This document shows, one piece after another, positions 53,471-64,000 of a stretch of DNA of 64,000 nucleotides (its first letter is position 1; every line of letters starts with the position of its first letter). Origin of the DNA: Octopus sinensis (taxonomy: Eukaryota); assembly GCF_006345805.1 (NCBI RefSeq), contig NC_043004.1:100564001-100628000 (forward strand), given 5' to 3'. Both the position numbers and the translations under genes were made by a program. The notes under the pieces are model-generated. The model did not search any database and had not been told where the DNA came from. It saw nothing but the letters and a program-made list of their open reading frames with translations.

Positions 53471-53608
53471 TATAATTATATTATAAGTTCGTCCATTCTG
53501 TAGCTAAAGATATCTGGTTTTTGTGCATGAAATGCAAAATATAGATATTTTATTAGGTGTTATACCTGGAATATCAGTGGGATGATTTTGTCTATGCATC
53601 GCTTTAGA

Positions 53609-53657
<49 letters not shown>

Positions 53658-54897
53658 CAACCGTTGTCATTTAATGTGTAACCACAGAATTTCCTTGTTG
53701 AGGTCTTCTTTGGTTCATAAATATTTAGAAGCTCGTCTAGGAAATTATTTACCTACGGATATTTTTATATCTATTTGAACATTCACCATTTACACGCCTT
53801 TGCAAGTATTTCTTTTTCCTTCGATTATCCAAGAATAAAATGATGCAACAAGATGAATTTATATAAGAGATAACTATAACTAAGGACTTCTTTGTTAGAC
53901 ATTCATTGAAACTAGAACCTTATTGAACTTTATTAGTCGCAATAAAAATATCTTGGATACACCTCGTATAGATAATAAGACCCTGTTTATTAACATCTTT
54001 GTTTCGAATTTAAAAATAACGAAAACCGGGGAATGTGGACTCTGGTGAGGAAATCCATAAGCATACCGTCTTTCTGGATCCATATATTGCTTTGTGGAGA
54101 ACACACGTAAGTTATGAAGCACTAAGACCATTTATTATAGAAAAGAACGCAATTACGAAAATTACGAACTCTCTCACTCTCTCTATCTCTGTTTTCTTGG
54201 GGACCAATGCAAAGCAAGCAAACACTAGGCATTCTATAGACGTTTAATCCTGGTGATGGAACTGAGAAAAATCATAAGAATTAATGAACTAATGAATTTA
54301 GGAACCCTAGAGTTCCATATTCAGTACGAAAGTCACATAAAGAATTTATGAAAAATTTTTAGTAAAAAAGATTAAAAAATCACGTCAAGTCATGATTTTA
54401 ATATATTACAAACACAAACACAGATGTATGTAATATACCTTTGTCTCTGGGTGTGAGTTTGTTTATTGTTGTATATATTTCTGTGCGCATGTATGTATGT
54501 ATGTATGTATGCATATATGCATATAAGTGTACATCTATAAGCATACATATATGTGTATGGGTGTATAATTTGTTTGTGTGCACGTAAGTGTTTGTATGTA
54601 TGTATGTATGTATGAATGTATGTACGTATGTATGTATGTATGTATGCATGTATGTATGCATGTATGTATGTATGTATGTATGTATGTATGTATGTATGTA
54701 TGTATGTATGTGTATGTATGTATGTATGTGTAGGAAGCACTTTATGAATATATTTGCAGAAAAAAATAGGGGAAGTTCTCGACATTTCGATTTTGTTTAT
54801 AAAACACGTTTGGATTTTGGTTTACGTCAATTATGATTGTAGATAATTATGTTTCAAAGAACTTTTTTATGTCTTCTGCTGATGAAGAGAAAAGATT

Positions 54898-54929
<32 letters not shown>

Positions 54930-55073
54930 TATATACATATATATATATAATTGTTTCACTCTTTATATATAATATATATATATATAGATATATAATAAAT
55001 ATATATATATATATATATAATTATATATATATATATATATGTACGTGTATGTGCATATATGTGTATGTATATA

Positions 55074-55110
55074 CATACAGACACATAACACACACACACA
55101 CACACACATT

Positions 55111-55180
<70 letters not shown>

Positions 55181-55519
55181 TATATATATATGCAAAAAGA
55201 GACATATACACTCACATACATATGCGTATATCAGTAATAACGTATCAGTCATGTTGTATTGGAAACATGACATTGGAACAAACTGCTAAGAAATCATAAG
55301 AAAAATATGAAAAATAACAGTGAAGAAAAAGAAAAAACAGAATACAGTCGTGATTTCAATACAATAGATATATAATTCATATGCTCACAGTCTTACACAC
55401 AAACAACACACATATATACTTGCACACGCGCGCACGCACACATACTCACTCATACACACACCATACAGACACATACACACACACACACCACACATTTATA
55501 TATAATATATATATATATT

Positions 55520-55553
<34 letters not shown>

Positions 55554-55864
55554 ATTATATATATATATATATATAGCAAAAGAGAGACAATACACCACCA
55601 TACATATGCGTATATCAGTAATAACGTATCAGTCATGTTGTATTGGAAACATGACATTGGAACAAACTGCTAAGAAATCATAAGAAAAATATGAAAAATA
55701 AACAGTGAAGAAAAAAGGAAAAAACAGAATACAGTCGTGATTTCAATACAATAGATATATAAATTCATATGCTCACAGTCTTTACACACAAACACACACA
55801 TATATACTTGCACACGCGCGCACGCACACATACTCACTCATACACACACCATACAGACACATAC
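55074..55864 (+). repeat. Tandem duplication with a unit of about 388 bp
   Basis: catacagacacata at 55074, 55462 and 55850; copies differ mostly by indels in runs. Confidence 0.9.
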
Positions 55865-56020
55865 CAAAAGACATATGACGAACCGGTGTTTCCTCGCCAT
55901 GTAGTCGGTTCTTCAGAAAGTACAACATTGGATCTGCGCACATACATACGCATAAATGCTTACGTAAATATACCTACTTATATACACACACAAACATACA
56001 TATTCAATATATATAGGGAG

Positions 56021-56097
<77 letters not shown>

Positions 56098-56116
56098 AAT
56101 TGATAGATAGATAGTT

Positions 56117-56149
<33 letters not shown>

Positions 56150-56179
56150 TATTAATAAGATGGGAGATGGAATGTCCAA

Positions 56180-56310
56180 TAGACTTTATTCAGTACAATG
56201 AATGTGAGTCTCTTCGGGTACATCAATAAAATGACTCACTAGAGATTTCTTGATGTACCCGAAGAGACCCAGTACGGGTCGAAACGTGTTGTACACAATA
56301 AAGTCTATTA
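56180..56310. ncRNA. Hammerhead-like motif (CCGAAGA core) with a partial inverted copy
   Basis: 56253-56295 tgtac-CCGAAGA-gaccc-agtac-gggtc-GAAAC-GT-GTT-gtaca; upstream tctcttcgggtacatcaa and agactttatt are inverted copies. Confidence 0.55.
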
Positions 56311-56470
56311 CGCATTCTGTTTCCCATTTTATTAATACTGTTACCCCAACCGCCACTACGAAGTTCCTGCAATAAATCTATGGATAATAACAGGTATCGA
56401 TACTGTGCCGGTGATTTAGTCATCATCTATTTAAAAATTTTGTATAATTTCTCCATTATATATGTATATA

Positions 56471-56673
56471 TGACTGCGTATGTATCGTTGGCGATTTTCT
56501 TTCTCCGTCTTCCCTTCTTTGAACTTTTTCTATATTTCTGATGAAGAGCTCAGCTCGAAACGTAAAATCCTCTTTCTTTTCTTTTCTTTCCTTTCCTGAG
56601 CGTCCAATAACACTGTACATTTTCCACGTTCTCGCGTCGTTATTTTTTCTTGCCTATTCATGTTTGGATTGAC
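56471..56673 (+). mobile_element. Hammerhead-bearing unit of about 200 bp in (TA)n, intact CUGAUGA core
   Basis: 56534-56568 attt-CTGATGA-a-gagc-tca-gctc-GAAAC-GTA-aaat. Confidence 0.78.
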
Positions 56674-56762
56674 TATATATATATATATATATATGAGAAT
56701 TTTTTGCGTAATAAGATAAAAAACCAAGGCTGTATAGATATTGGAGCATTTATAGATAAAAG

Positions 56763-56817
56763 GTCTTACAGCTGTTTCTAGGATATTTATTAATAATATC
56801 CCTTCATCGGAGACGGT
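56763..56817 (-). ncRNA. Minimal type I hammerhead-like motif
   Basis: Minus: gtct-CCGATGA-agggatat-tattaataa-atatccta-GAAAC-AGCT-GTA-agac (palindromic AGCU loop III). Confidence 0.6.
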
Positions 56818-57189
56818 GTGAGAGGAAAGTTAAGTCGTAGTTAGTTTAGATGTGATACAGAATAGAGAGTGAGGTGGAGGAAAGAAAATAGATGCAAGAT
56901 ATGTATGGCTATTGAAGTTGTAAATCCGTTTTTTAGGCATAATGGTATATATGCAATATTCCAATATCCTATGAGTAAAATCCAAAAGTCCAACAGAGTT
57001 TAAAATGGTTTCTTCCAAATATAGAATTTGTAAGCAATGTAAGATTCCCTTATGAGTGAGATCCAGCAGATTTTTAAACTTGGTCATTCCCAGTATGGAA
57101 TTTATATACAGTGTTGCAGAGTCAAAGGTTTGTATTTATAGCCGAATATATATATATATATATAATTATATATAAATCGGCTGCGATTT

Positions 57190-57540
57190 AAGGACTGTGT
57201 CAAGTCCTCGTTAAAGGCCTTTGATATGCAGGGCACTGACTTGGAGAACAATGCCTGTCATCGCCACAGATGGAGGAAGCAAGTTAAGGAGGGGATCGAC
57301 ACTTTTGAGAGAGCATGTATCCAGCATGAAGAACTTAAGCGAGCTGCGCGAAAGCGCACGGCTCGTATAGTGAATGGGGAAAGTTTGGTCTGCAATGTTT
57401 GCAGTCGTGTATGCTTGTCAAGAGCAGAGCTCATTAGCCACCAACGGAGCCGCAAATGCAAAATATAAGTTAGTCCTAGAGCGCACAATGTTCCTGAAGG
57501 TCGGCAATGGTCTTCCTCGGTAACGAGTGGATGGCCATCA
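57190..57540 (+). mobile_element. RTE-clade LINE 3' end with a C2H2-like knuckle
   Basis: KDCVKSSLKAFDMQGTDLENNACHRHRWRKQVKEG...LVCNVCSRVCLSRAELISHQRS*. Confidence 0.85.
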
Positions 57541-57829
57541 TATATATATATACATTCGGCTATAACCTTGCATCGAAAATTTGCAATGGCTCCATAACTA
57601 TCGTCTCAGCTATAAACTTGGAGCCCTAGTAATCCGTTACAGCACTTACCTAGCGTAACTAATCATTTAGATCACATGTGAACTAAACCTCCATACTTTA
57701 TAAATATCACCCCACATTATTTTATGGTTAATACCATAAAGAATTCTGGTGTATCTAAGTTAAGTACCATATTCATTTGAATCGTAATTATTTTGCTGAA
57801 ATTATATATTTATACATACATATTTGACA

Positions 57830-58286
57830 GGCACACAAGTCATATCGACAAGTACGGTGACGGTTCTCTAAGATCAGTTCATAAATTTTCATATTTTGGG
57901 GAGGTCGATGGTCGCATTGAACGAGATTGATCTTCAAGCGACAAGTGACCATTCCTAAAGGGTGAAAACCATTCCTAAACTTGTGTTTTGCACATGGCAG
58001 CCTTCTTGTAAGCTGTGTGAAGCATGACAACTGTTTCAGCAGCCGTTTTCCTCAGCAGAAAACAGAATTTCACAGAAGCACGCTGTTCTCTCATGTCAGC
58101 CATCACAAAAATCGACGAACAGGGGAGAAGCACTGCAAAACAAAGACGCACACGTGGACGTATGACCCCCAATAGACAGCCTGGGGCCTGAGGGTCACAT
58201 CAAGTGGATTCTAGCAGCGGAAGCCTGAACTACAACGGGCTTGTCCCACAGAAAATATTTCCAGTTACTTTTAGGGTACACCCTCG
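57830..58286 (-). mobile_element. Mariner transposon 5' half (TIR plus HTH)
   Basis: TA|CGAGGGTGTACCCTAAAAGTAAC end; MREQRASVKFCFLLRKTAAETVVMLHTAYKKAAMCKTQV*EWFSPFRNGHLSLEDQSRSMRPSTS. Confidence 0.88.
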
Positions 58287-60092
58287 TATAACTTTAAAGA
58301 CTTGTTAGTCAGCGTCAGCGGACAAAATTGAAAAATATTTGCCTTGGAGTATGGCATGGAACACGCACTGTAACAGCCACTCCGACTCAAGGGCCTCGCA
58401 CTTGCGTATAGCCATGTCTACTCCAATAGCAGTAAGCATAGATGTAGTCCGGGGGCTAAGAACACCGGAAATTTTCCACTGCCGCAGACTCGATGCTCGT
58501 TTATGTAAATTTTCCATTTACAACAACTTTTCATTGCTGCTGTATCATATAAAAACAAAGTAATTGTAGTGGCTTGCAAAAACAACAATTTTATTGCAGA
58601 TAAATATATATTTCTAGAAAACCTTGCATTTGTACAATAGTTATTCCGAGTGCCAAAACTTCACATAATAATGTATACTTTATTTACAAAATAAATATAT
58701 CACCATAGAAACGAAATATGTGTTAAGAAAAAATATTGTTATTATTGGCTTTTCATTCGGTGTGAGCCTTTTTGCGGATGCCAGCACAAAGGATTTTCAA
58801 TTTCTATTTAGTATCGTTAATGACGAACGAATGTAACTCCTCTTTCAATACTGAGTCAGCTGAGAAATGATGATAGTCGGTAATTGATGCAGCTAAAACT
58901 ATATTCCGCTAAATAAACTACGGGAAAGCCAATAACAAACTCTACTTTCTCCGAGGGTGGAGCGGAATCTCTGTAGTAGTTTCACAATATTGTATAAATT
59001 CCCTTTGCTTGTTTAACTCTAACTTGAGCTATTTATTCTTTCTGTAACTGAAAGCGAGTTTCGTGTAATGAAACATCAACATTACTATACATTTACTCCA
59101 AAAGTATGCTCCACTGAAAAACTTGAACGTTCATCACTAGCCAATCAGTAAAACAAAAACTTCATTTAAAAATCATTTAATTAAGGCTGAACATTGTTAT
59201 ATTTCTTTCTCCGAAGCCCTCTATAATGCAAATATATTATTTCCATTATATTAGTCTTAGTTTTAATTTGCTAAACAGAATTTGTGCAGTTTATTTAATG
59301 ACTGGTTATAGCTTCGACCATTATCATTGCGATCAACCATTGTGGAATGTCTTGCCCCTGATAATAAGTCACCCAACTGGATAACATATCAAATTATTTC
59401 TATTTCATAGTTTTGCACACTTACTAAATAATTGCCCATTTATACAAATTTCTGAGTTTTGTGACGACTGAATTGTAACTTGTAATTTTGGCATTCATAT
59501 TTTCATTAGAATAGGAACGTGTGTGTATGTATGCGTAAGTACATATGTATATACAGACTATGTAATATATGCTTATATATGTCTATATAATGTGTGTGTG
59601 TCTGTCTGTCTCTGTGTGTGTGAGAGAGAGAGAGAGTTATGTATGCTTAAACATAGAGAAAGAAACAGAGTACAGGAAGGCATACAAATGTAATTATAAA
59701 ACCTATTTAAAGATCCTAGATACTACACTGACGTATAATCTAGAAGCAATGGAGGCTAATTCACATTATTAAATCGTGGAATGAGAATAAATAGATAAAT
59801 CGAATCTTAAATTAATACAAATTTCAAATCAAATGTAACAAAATGAACGCGGTTTAGCGACCAACTCGACACAGTATCGTCACAATCTTTTCCTCTTCAA
59901 ATTTTGTCGAATATCACGCAATGCTTTCTGTTCGTCTGTAATGGCTTGGAATATGAAATATGCATTGCATAATGAAGTGACAGTGCATTAAATTTGTGTT
60001 CATACTCTTCAGACACAACTGAGACCCATCCCAATATCGAGACGAAGCGACTATACAACTTTGTTAGCTATTGCTACTAGCGCCAGAGTGAC

Positions 60093-60141
<49 letters not shown>

Positions 60142-60172
60142 AGAGAGGCACACACACACACACACACACAGG

Positions 60173-60207
<35 letters not shown>

Positions 60208-60214
60208 CTTCTAT

Positions 60215-60410
60215 CTTCTACTTGTTTCAGTCATTTGACTGTGGCCATACTGGAGCACCACCTTGAAAATTTTTTTGTCGAATGAATCGACACCAGTAAT
60301 TTTTTTAAAGTCTGGTACTCTATTGAGAACTTTTACCGAACCACTATGTTACGAGGACATAAACACAACAACACCGGTTGTCATGCGGTGATGGGGACAA
60401 ACGCATACAC
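60215..60410 (-). mobile_element. Degenerate SINE family B, 3' part
   Basis: cttgtttcagtcatttgactgtggccatactggagcacc. Confidence 0.75.
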
Positions 60411-60987
60411 TGACACACGCACACACTTATACTTACATACATACATACATACATACAAACATACATACATACATACATACATACATACATACATACATAC
60501 ATACATACATACATGCATACACACACACATACTTTGGACCAATGAGTGTATGTTAGTGTGTTGATGTGTTGAGTGAAGCACTGGCACAGTTTTAAGCTAC
60601 CTGGTGTCATCCGCATTTGGGGTATATTTCCGTAGGATCTACTTCAGGACTTACGCAGTGTCAGGTGAGATAATAATTGATTAGATATATAAAAGATGGA
60701 ATTGGTATAAACCTTTATTTTGCACGACGATCGTTTCGTCCCATCAGTTATGAGTGGGATGCTGTGCATCATATTGTGTTGCATCAATTTTGCAGTCTGG
60801 GTCACATCAAATACATTCATACAGAAAGCGATGTCTCGCTAAAGATCTTGATTTGGGGCATTGATGTTGCTTATTCGCCCGCTTCAGTTAAGGAGTGAAG
60901 CATTGCTATGATTGTTCTCATTATTAAATATCCATAACAAATAACACAAGCACACACACACACACACACACACACATATGTATATAT

Positions 60988-61189
60988 AATTGTTAAACAG
61001 GACAGTAAACATTAAGGCAAGGCAAACATCTCAAGTCGTATACAATATTATTATTGGGAAAAAATTCAAAGTCTTACACCTGTTTCTGGGATATCCAGGA
61101 GTAAGACTTTGAACTTTTTCCAGTAATAATATTGCATACGACTTGAGATGTTTGCCTTGCCTTAATGCTTGTTGACCTGTTTAACAATT
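60988..61189. repeat. Foldback with 95-bp arms, centred on a half hammerhead
   Basis: 60988-61082 is the reverse complement of 61096-61189; minus centre ggatatccca-GAAAC-AGGT-GTA-agac, same family as 56763. Confidence 0.88.
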
Positions 61190-61779
61190 TATATATACGC
61201 TGCATCGGAAATCTGCTCCATAACTACCGTCTCGGTTATAACCTTGGAGCCCTAGTAATCCGTTATAGCGCATACCTAGAGTACCTAATCGTTTAGATCA
61301 CCTGTGAACTAAACCTCCCAGACTTTGTATACATATATATTTAAACAGAATTCAGATAATCCTATCAGGTGGTGCTATTAAGTTAGACATTGCCTGGACC
61401 AATCTTTGGTCGAAACATATCTAAGTTTCTAAGTTTTTTTATATATATAAAGTGTACACAAAAAAGAAATAAAAAGAAATAAGACATTTTTAACAAGGGA
61501 AAGTAAATAGCAGAGGGATATAGATACTATGAAACCAGTGCAGGAAAAATTAGATTACATTAAGTTTAAAGCGAGAGAAGGGTACAAAAAAAAAGAAAAA
61601 AGAAAGAATATATAGAAGCAAAGTTGTCTGGGAGGGCGATGGAGATTTCATGGGACCTGTTGAAGAAAGATATTAAAAGTATTTCATCACGGTTACTTTA
61701 AGGTTATGACTGAACTTATGCAGGTGTCATGTGAGAGACATTTTGGCACGTTGTATCAATAGTAGACTGGGTTGTAGTT

Positions 61780-62660
61780 CATTCAACAGTCACTTATGAC
61801 CGGACACACTCGTACGTATATATACATATATACACACATACACACGTATACATGCACACACGCACATACACACACATATATACGTAAACATACATACATA
61901 TATATATATATATTATATATTATATATATATATATATATATATTATATACATATACTACACTCACACATACACAACCACACACGTATATACATCTACACA
62001 CGCACACACATATATATACACACATATACATGCACATTCATATAGATACATATAAGTATAGACACACACGCACACACAGACACATACACACACATACACA
62101 CATATACATACACACACATATATAATATACTCCCAGATATATTCGTATTCATGTACACATATCCACATCTACATAATACAACACACACACCACACACAAC
62201 GTACACGTGTATATCAGTATATACATACAGCAGGCTACGTCCATACGTGCCTATCTATACCTTTTGCACTCATATACACGTAAATCCAAACCTACATATT
62301 CACGTCTTCGCGTACCGGTTCAAGTGTGTATATACACACACGCACACATACACACACATATATATATATACTCCCAGACATATTCGTATTCATGTACACA
62401 CATATCCACATCTACACATACGCGCGTGCACACACAAACACACACACACACACGTACACGTGTATATCAGTATATACATACAGCAGGCTTACGTCCATAC
62501 GTGCCTATCTATACCTTTTGCACTCATATACACGTAAATCCAAACCTACATATTCACGTCTTCGCGTACCGGTTCAAGTGTGTATATACACACACGCACA
62601 CATGTACACACATACACGCTAACGCCCCCGTACACATCCATCAACCTCAATGTGCACATA
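61780..62660 (+). repeat. CA/TA-rich tract with a 241-bp tandem duplication
   Basis: ctcccaga(t/c)atattcgtattcatgtac at 62130 and 62371. Confidence 0.9.
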
Positions 62661-63382
62661 TCTACATCTATGTATTCTTTTTGCCTCATTAATTATTCAT
62701 ACAGTAACGTTTTTATTAATGTATTTTAGCAATATGCTGTCGCATTCAAAAGTGTCGTACATGAACATATATTATGATATATATACATACTTAAACATTT
62801 TTTGTCTCTTTAGTTAATCAGTCTAATATGAGTATTTTTATCTAAACTAAAGTGATTCACGGTTGCATTCTGTACTTAACATATATGAATGTATCTAAAT
62901 ATATGATTGTATCATAACATATTTAAACATATATAATCAAGTTCACACATATATCAAAAGTTTCCACATACTTCACAAAACAAGGTGTTTAAGATATGGA
63001 ACAGCTATGATTGTACATCCAATTGTCTATATCGTCTTTAACAATAATGTTAATGACATCTTATGTTAGATAGAGTTATATTGGGTATTTATATCTGGAG
63101 TATATTCGTCTTTGTTCATATTGTATACGTTGTAGCATTTTTCATCCGGTTCTTACGTGGTAAGAGTTCCAAGTTTTTTTTCCATCAGGTTGTTGTCACT
63201 CGGGGACATTGAAACGGTGGGTGTTAGACGTTTTATGTGTTTAGTTTGTTTTGGTTAGGTGTAGTTTCTATCACACAAGCAAATAAAACAATTGGCAATC
63301 AATGTTCATGCAGAGACCGATCTAAATGTCCTCTGGATAACCAATGTAACAGATGCAATGTAGTAACAAATAAATATTAGAG

Positions 63383-64000
63383 GATGCCCGTACGTGTAAA
63401 TCGGGGCATCGGCCGATATTTTCAAAAACAAATATCGAAATCACATCGACAATTTTCGAAAGATGCATAAAAGTTATGCAACATCACTGCCGTTTTTGTC
63501 TGGTAATTCAAAGAGGAGGTCAAATACAAATGGAGGTCATGGAGCTATAAAATGTGAGAGTTAACGCCCCTATTGGGGGTGGGCATCTTAATGTCTACCA
63601 GAAGAGTTGAATTGTTGAGAATCTTTTTAACTTGGGTCTGCTGTGTGTTTCATACAATTTCATGGACCAAAATTACTGAATGGATCCTTATGATATTTGA
63701 AACTTAGATTCAATGAATAAGGGCGGGTATAATGCAATATGTTTGGTTTGAATTTTAGATGGCTTAAAGGGGGCAGAACCCCCTATGAAAATTCATAAAT
63801 TTTCGATGTTGATGAAATTTCAACCATGGGTAATTGACACACATCAAGAAATATTCTCAAAGTTTCCACTTCACATGAGGATTCTAAGACACCATAATGG
63901 GGGTCTTAACTCCCAAATTTTAGTAATTTCTTTTATGATCCAAAACTAAGTCAAAAGTACTGAATGGATCTTTACGAAATTTAGAAATTATATTCTATGC
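63383..64000. mobile_element. Possible Helentron/DINE-1-like non-autonomous repeat (runs off the window)
   Basis: Stem gatgccc...ggggcatc; repeated aa.tactgaatggatc.tta.ga.attt motif at about 63670 and 63955. Confidence 0.3.

Noticed and set aside
53890-54130. Mariner-like terminus (ttggatacacctcgta) and PHSP motif
   Set aside because: Probably an isolated TIR fragment; no partner TIR or convincing transposase
60718-60770. Hammerhead with stem I tgcac/gtgca and GAAAC-GATC-GTC on minus
   Set aside because: The CUGA of the core is deleted; kept only as a fossil of the same class, as are remnants near 1830, 11990 and 46460

Overview
AT-rich, microsatellite-saturated eukaryotic DNA whose repeat families (tRNA-derived CORE-SINEs, SINEs with internal TA/TG tracts) match what is known from octopus (Octopus sp.; inferred from repeat content only). 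No complete host gene is recognisable, and almost all six-frame ORFs are translated microsatellites. The window is a transposon graveyard: about 25 SINEs of at least four families (several with 10-19 bp TSDs), a complete decayed hAT (15-bp TIRs, 8-bp TSD), an internally deleted maT/DD37D element, a mariner 5' half, two non-autonomous Helitron-like elements, and RTE, CR1, R4/Dong-like and L1-Tx1 LINE 3' ends. Most notable: (1) six Tx1-clade LINE copies occur only in two (GATA)n clusters, all in one orientation, suggesting a (GATA)n-targeting retrotransposon; (2) about ten minimal type I hammerhead-ribozyme motifs lie in 200-320 bp Penelope-pLTR-like units flanked by (TA)n, and several long foldback repeats pivot at or near the predicted cleavage site; (3) an R4/Dong-like end sits inside (TAA)n, so three microsatellite classes appear to be separate insertion niches. 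Several tandem duplications differ mainly by homopolymer indels and may be assembly artefacts. Coordinates were read by eye and may be off by a few bases at degenerate ends.
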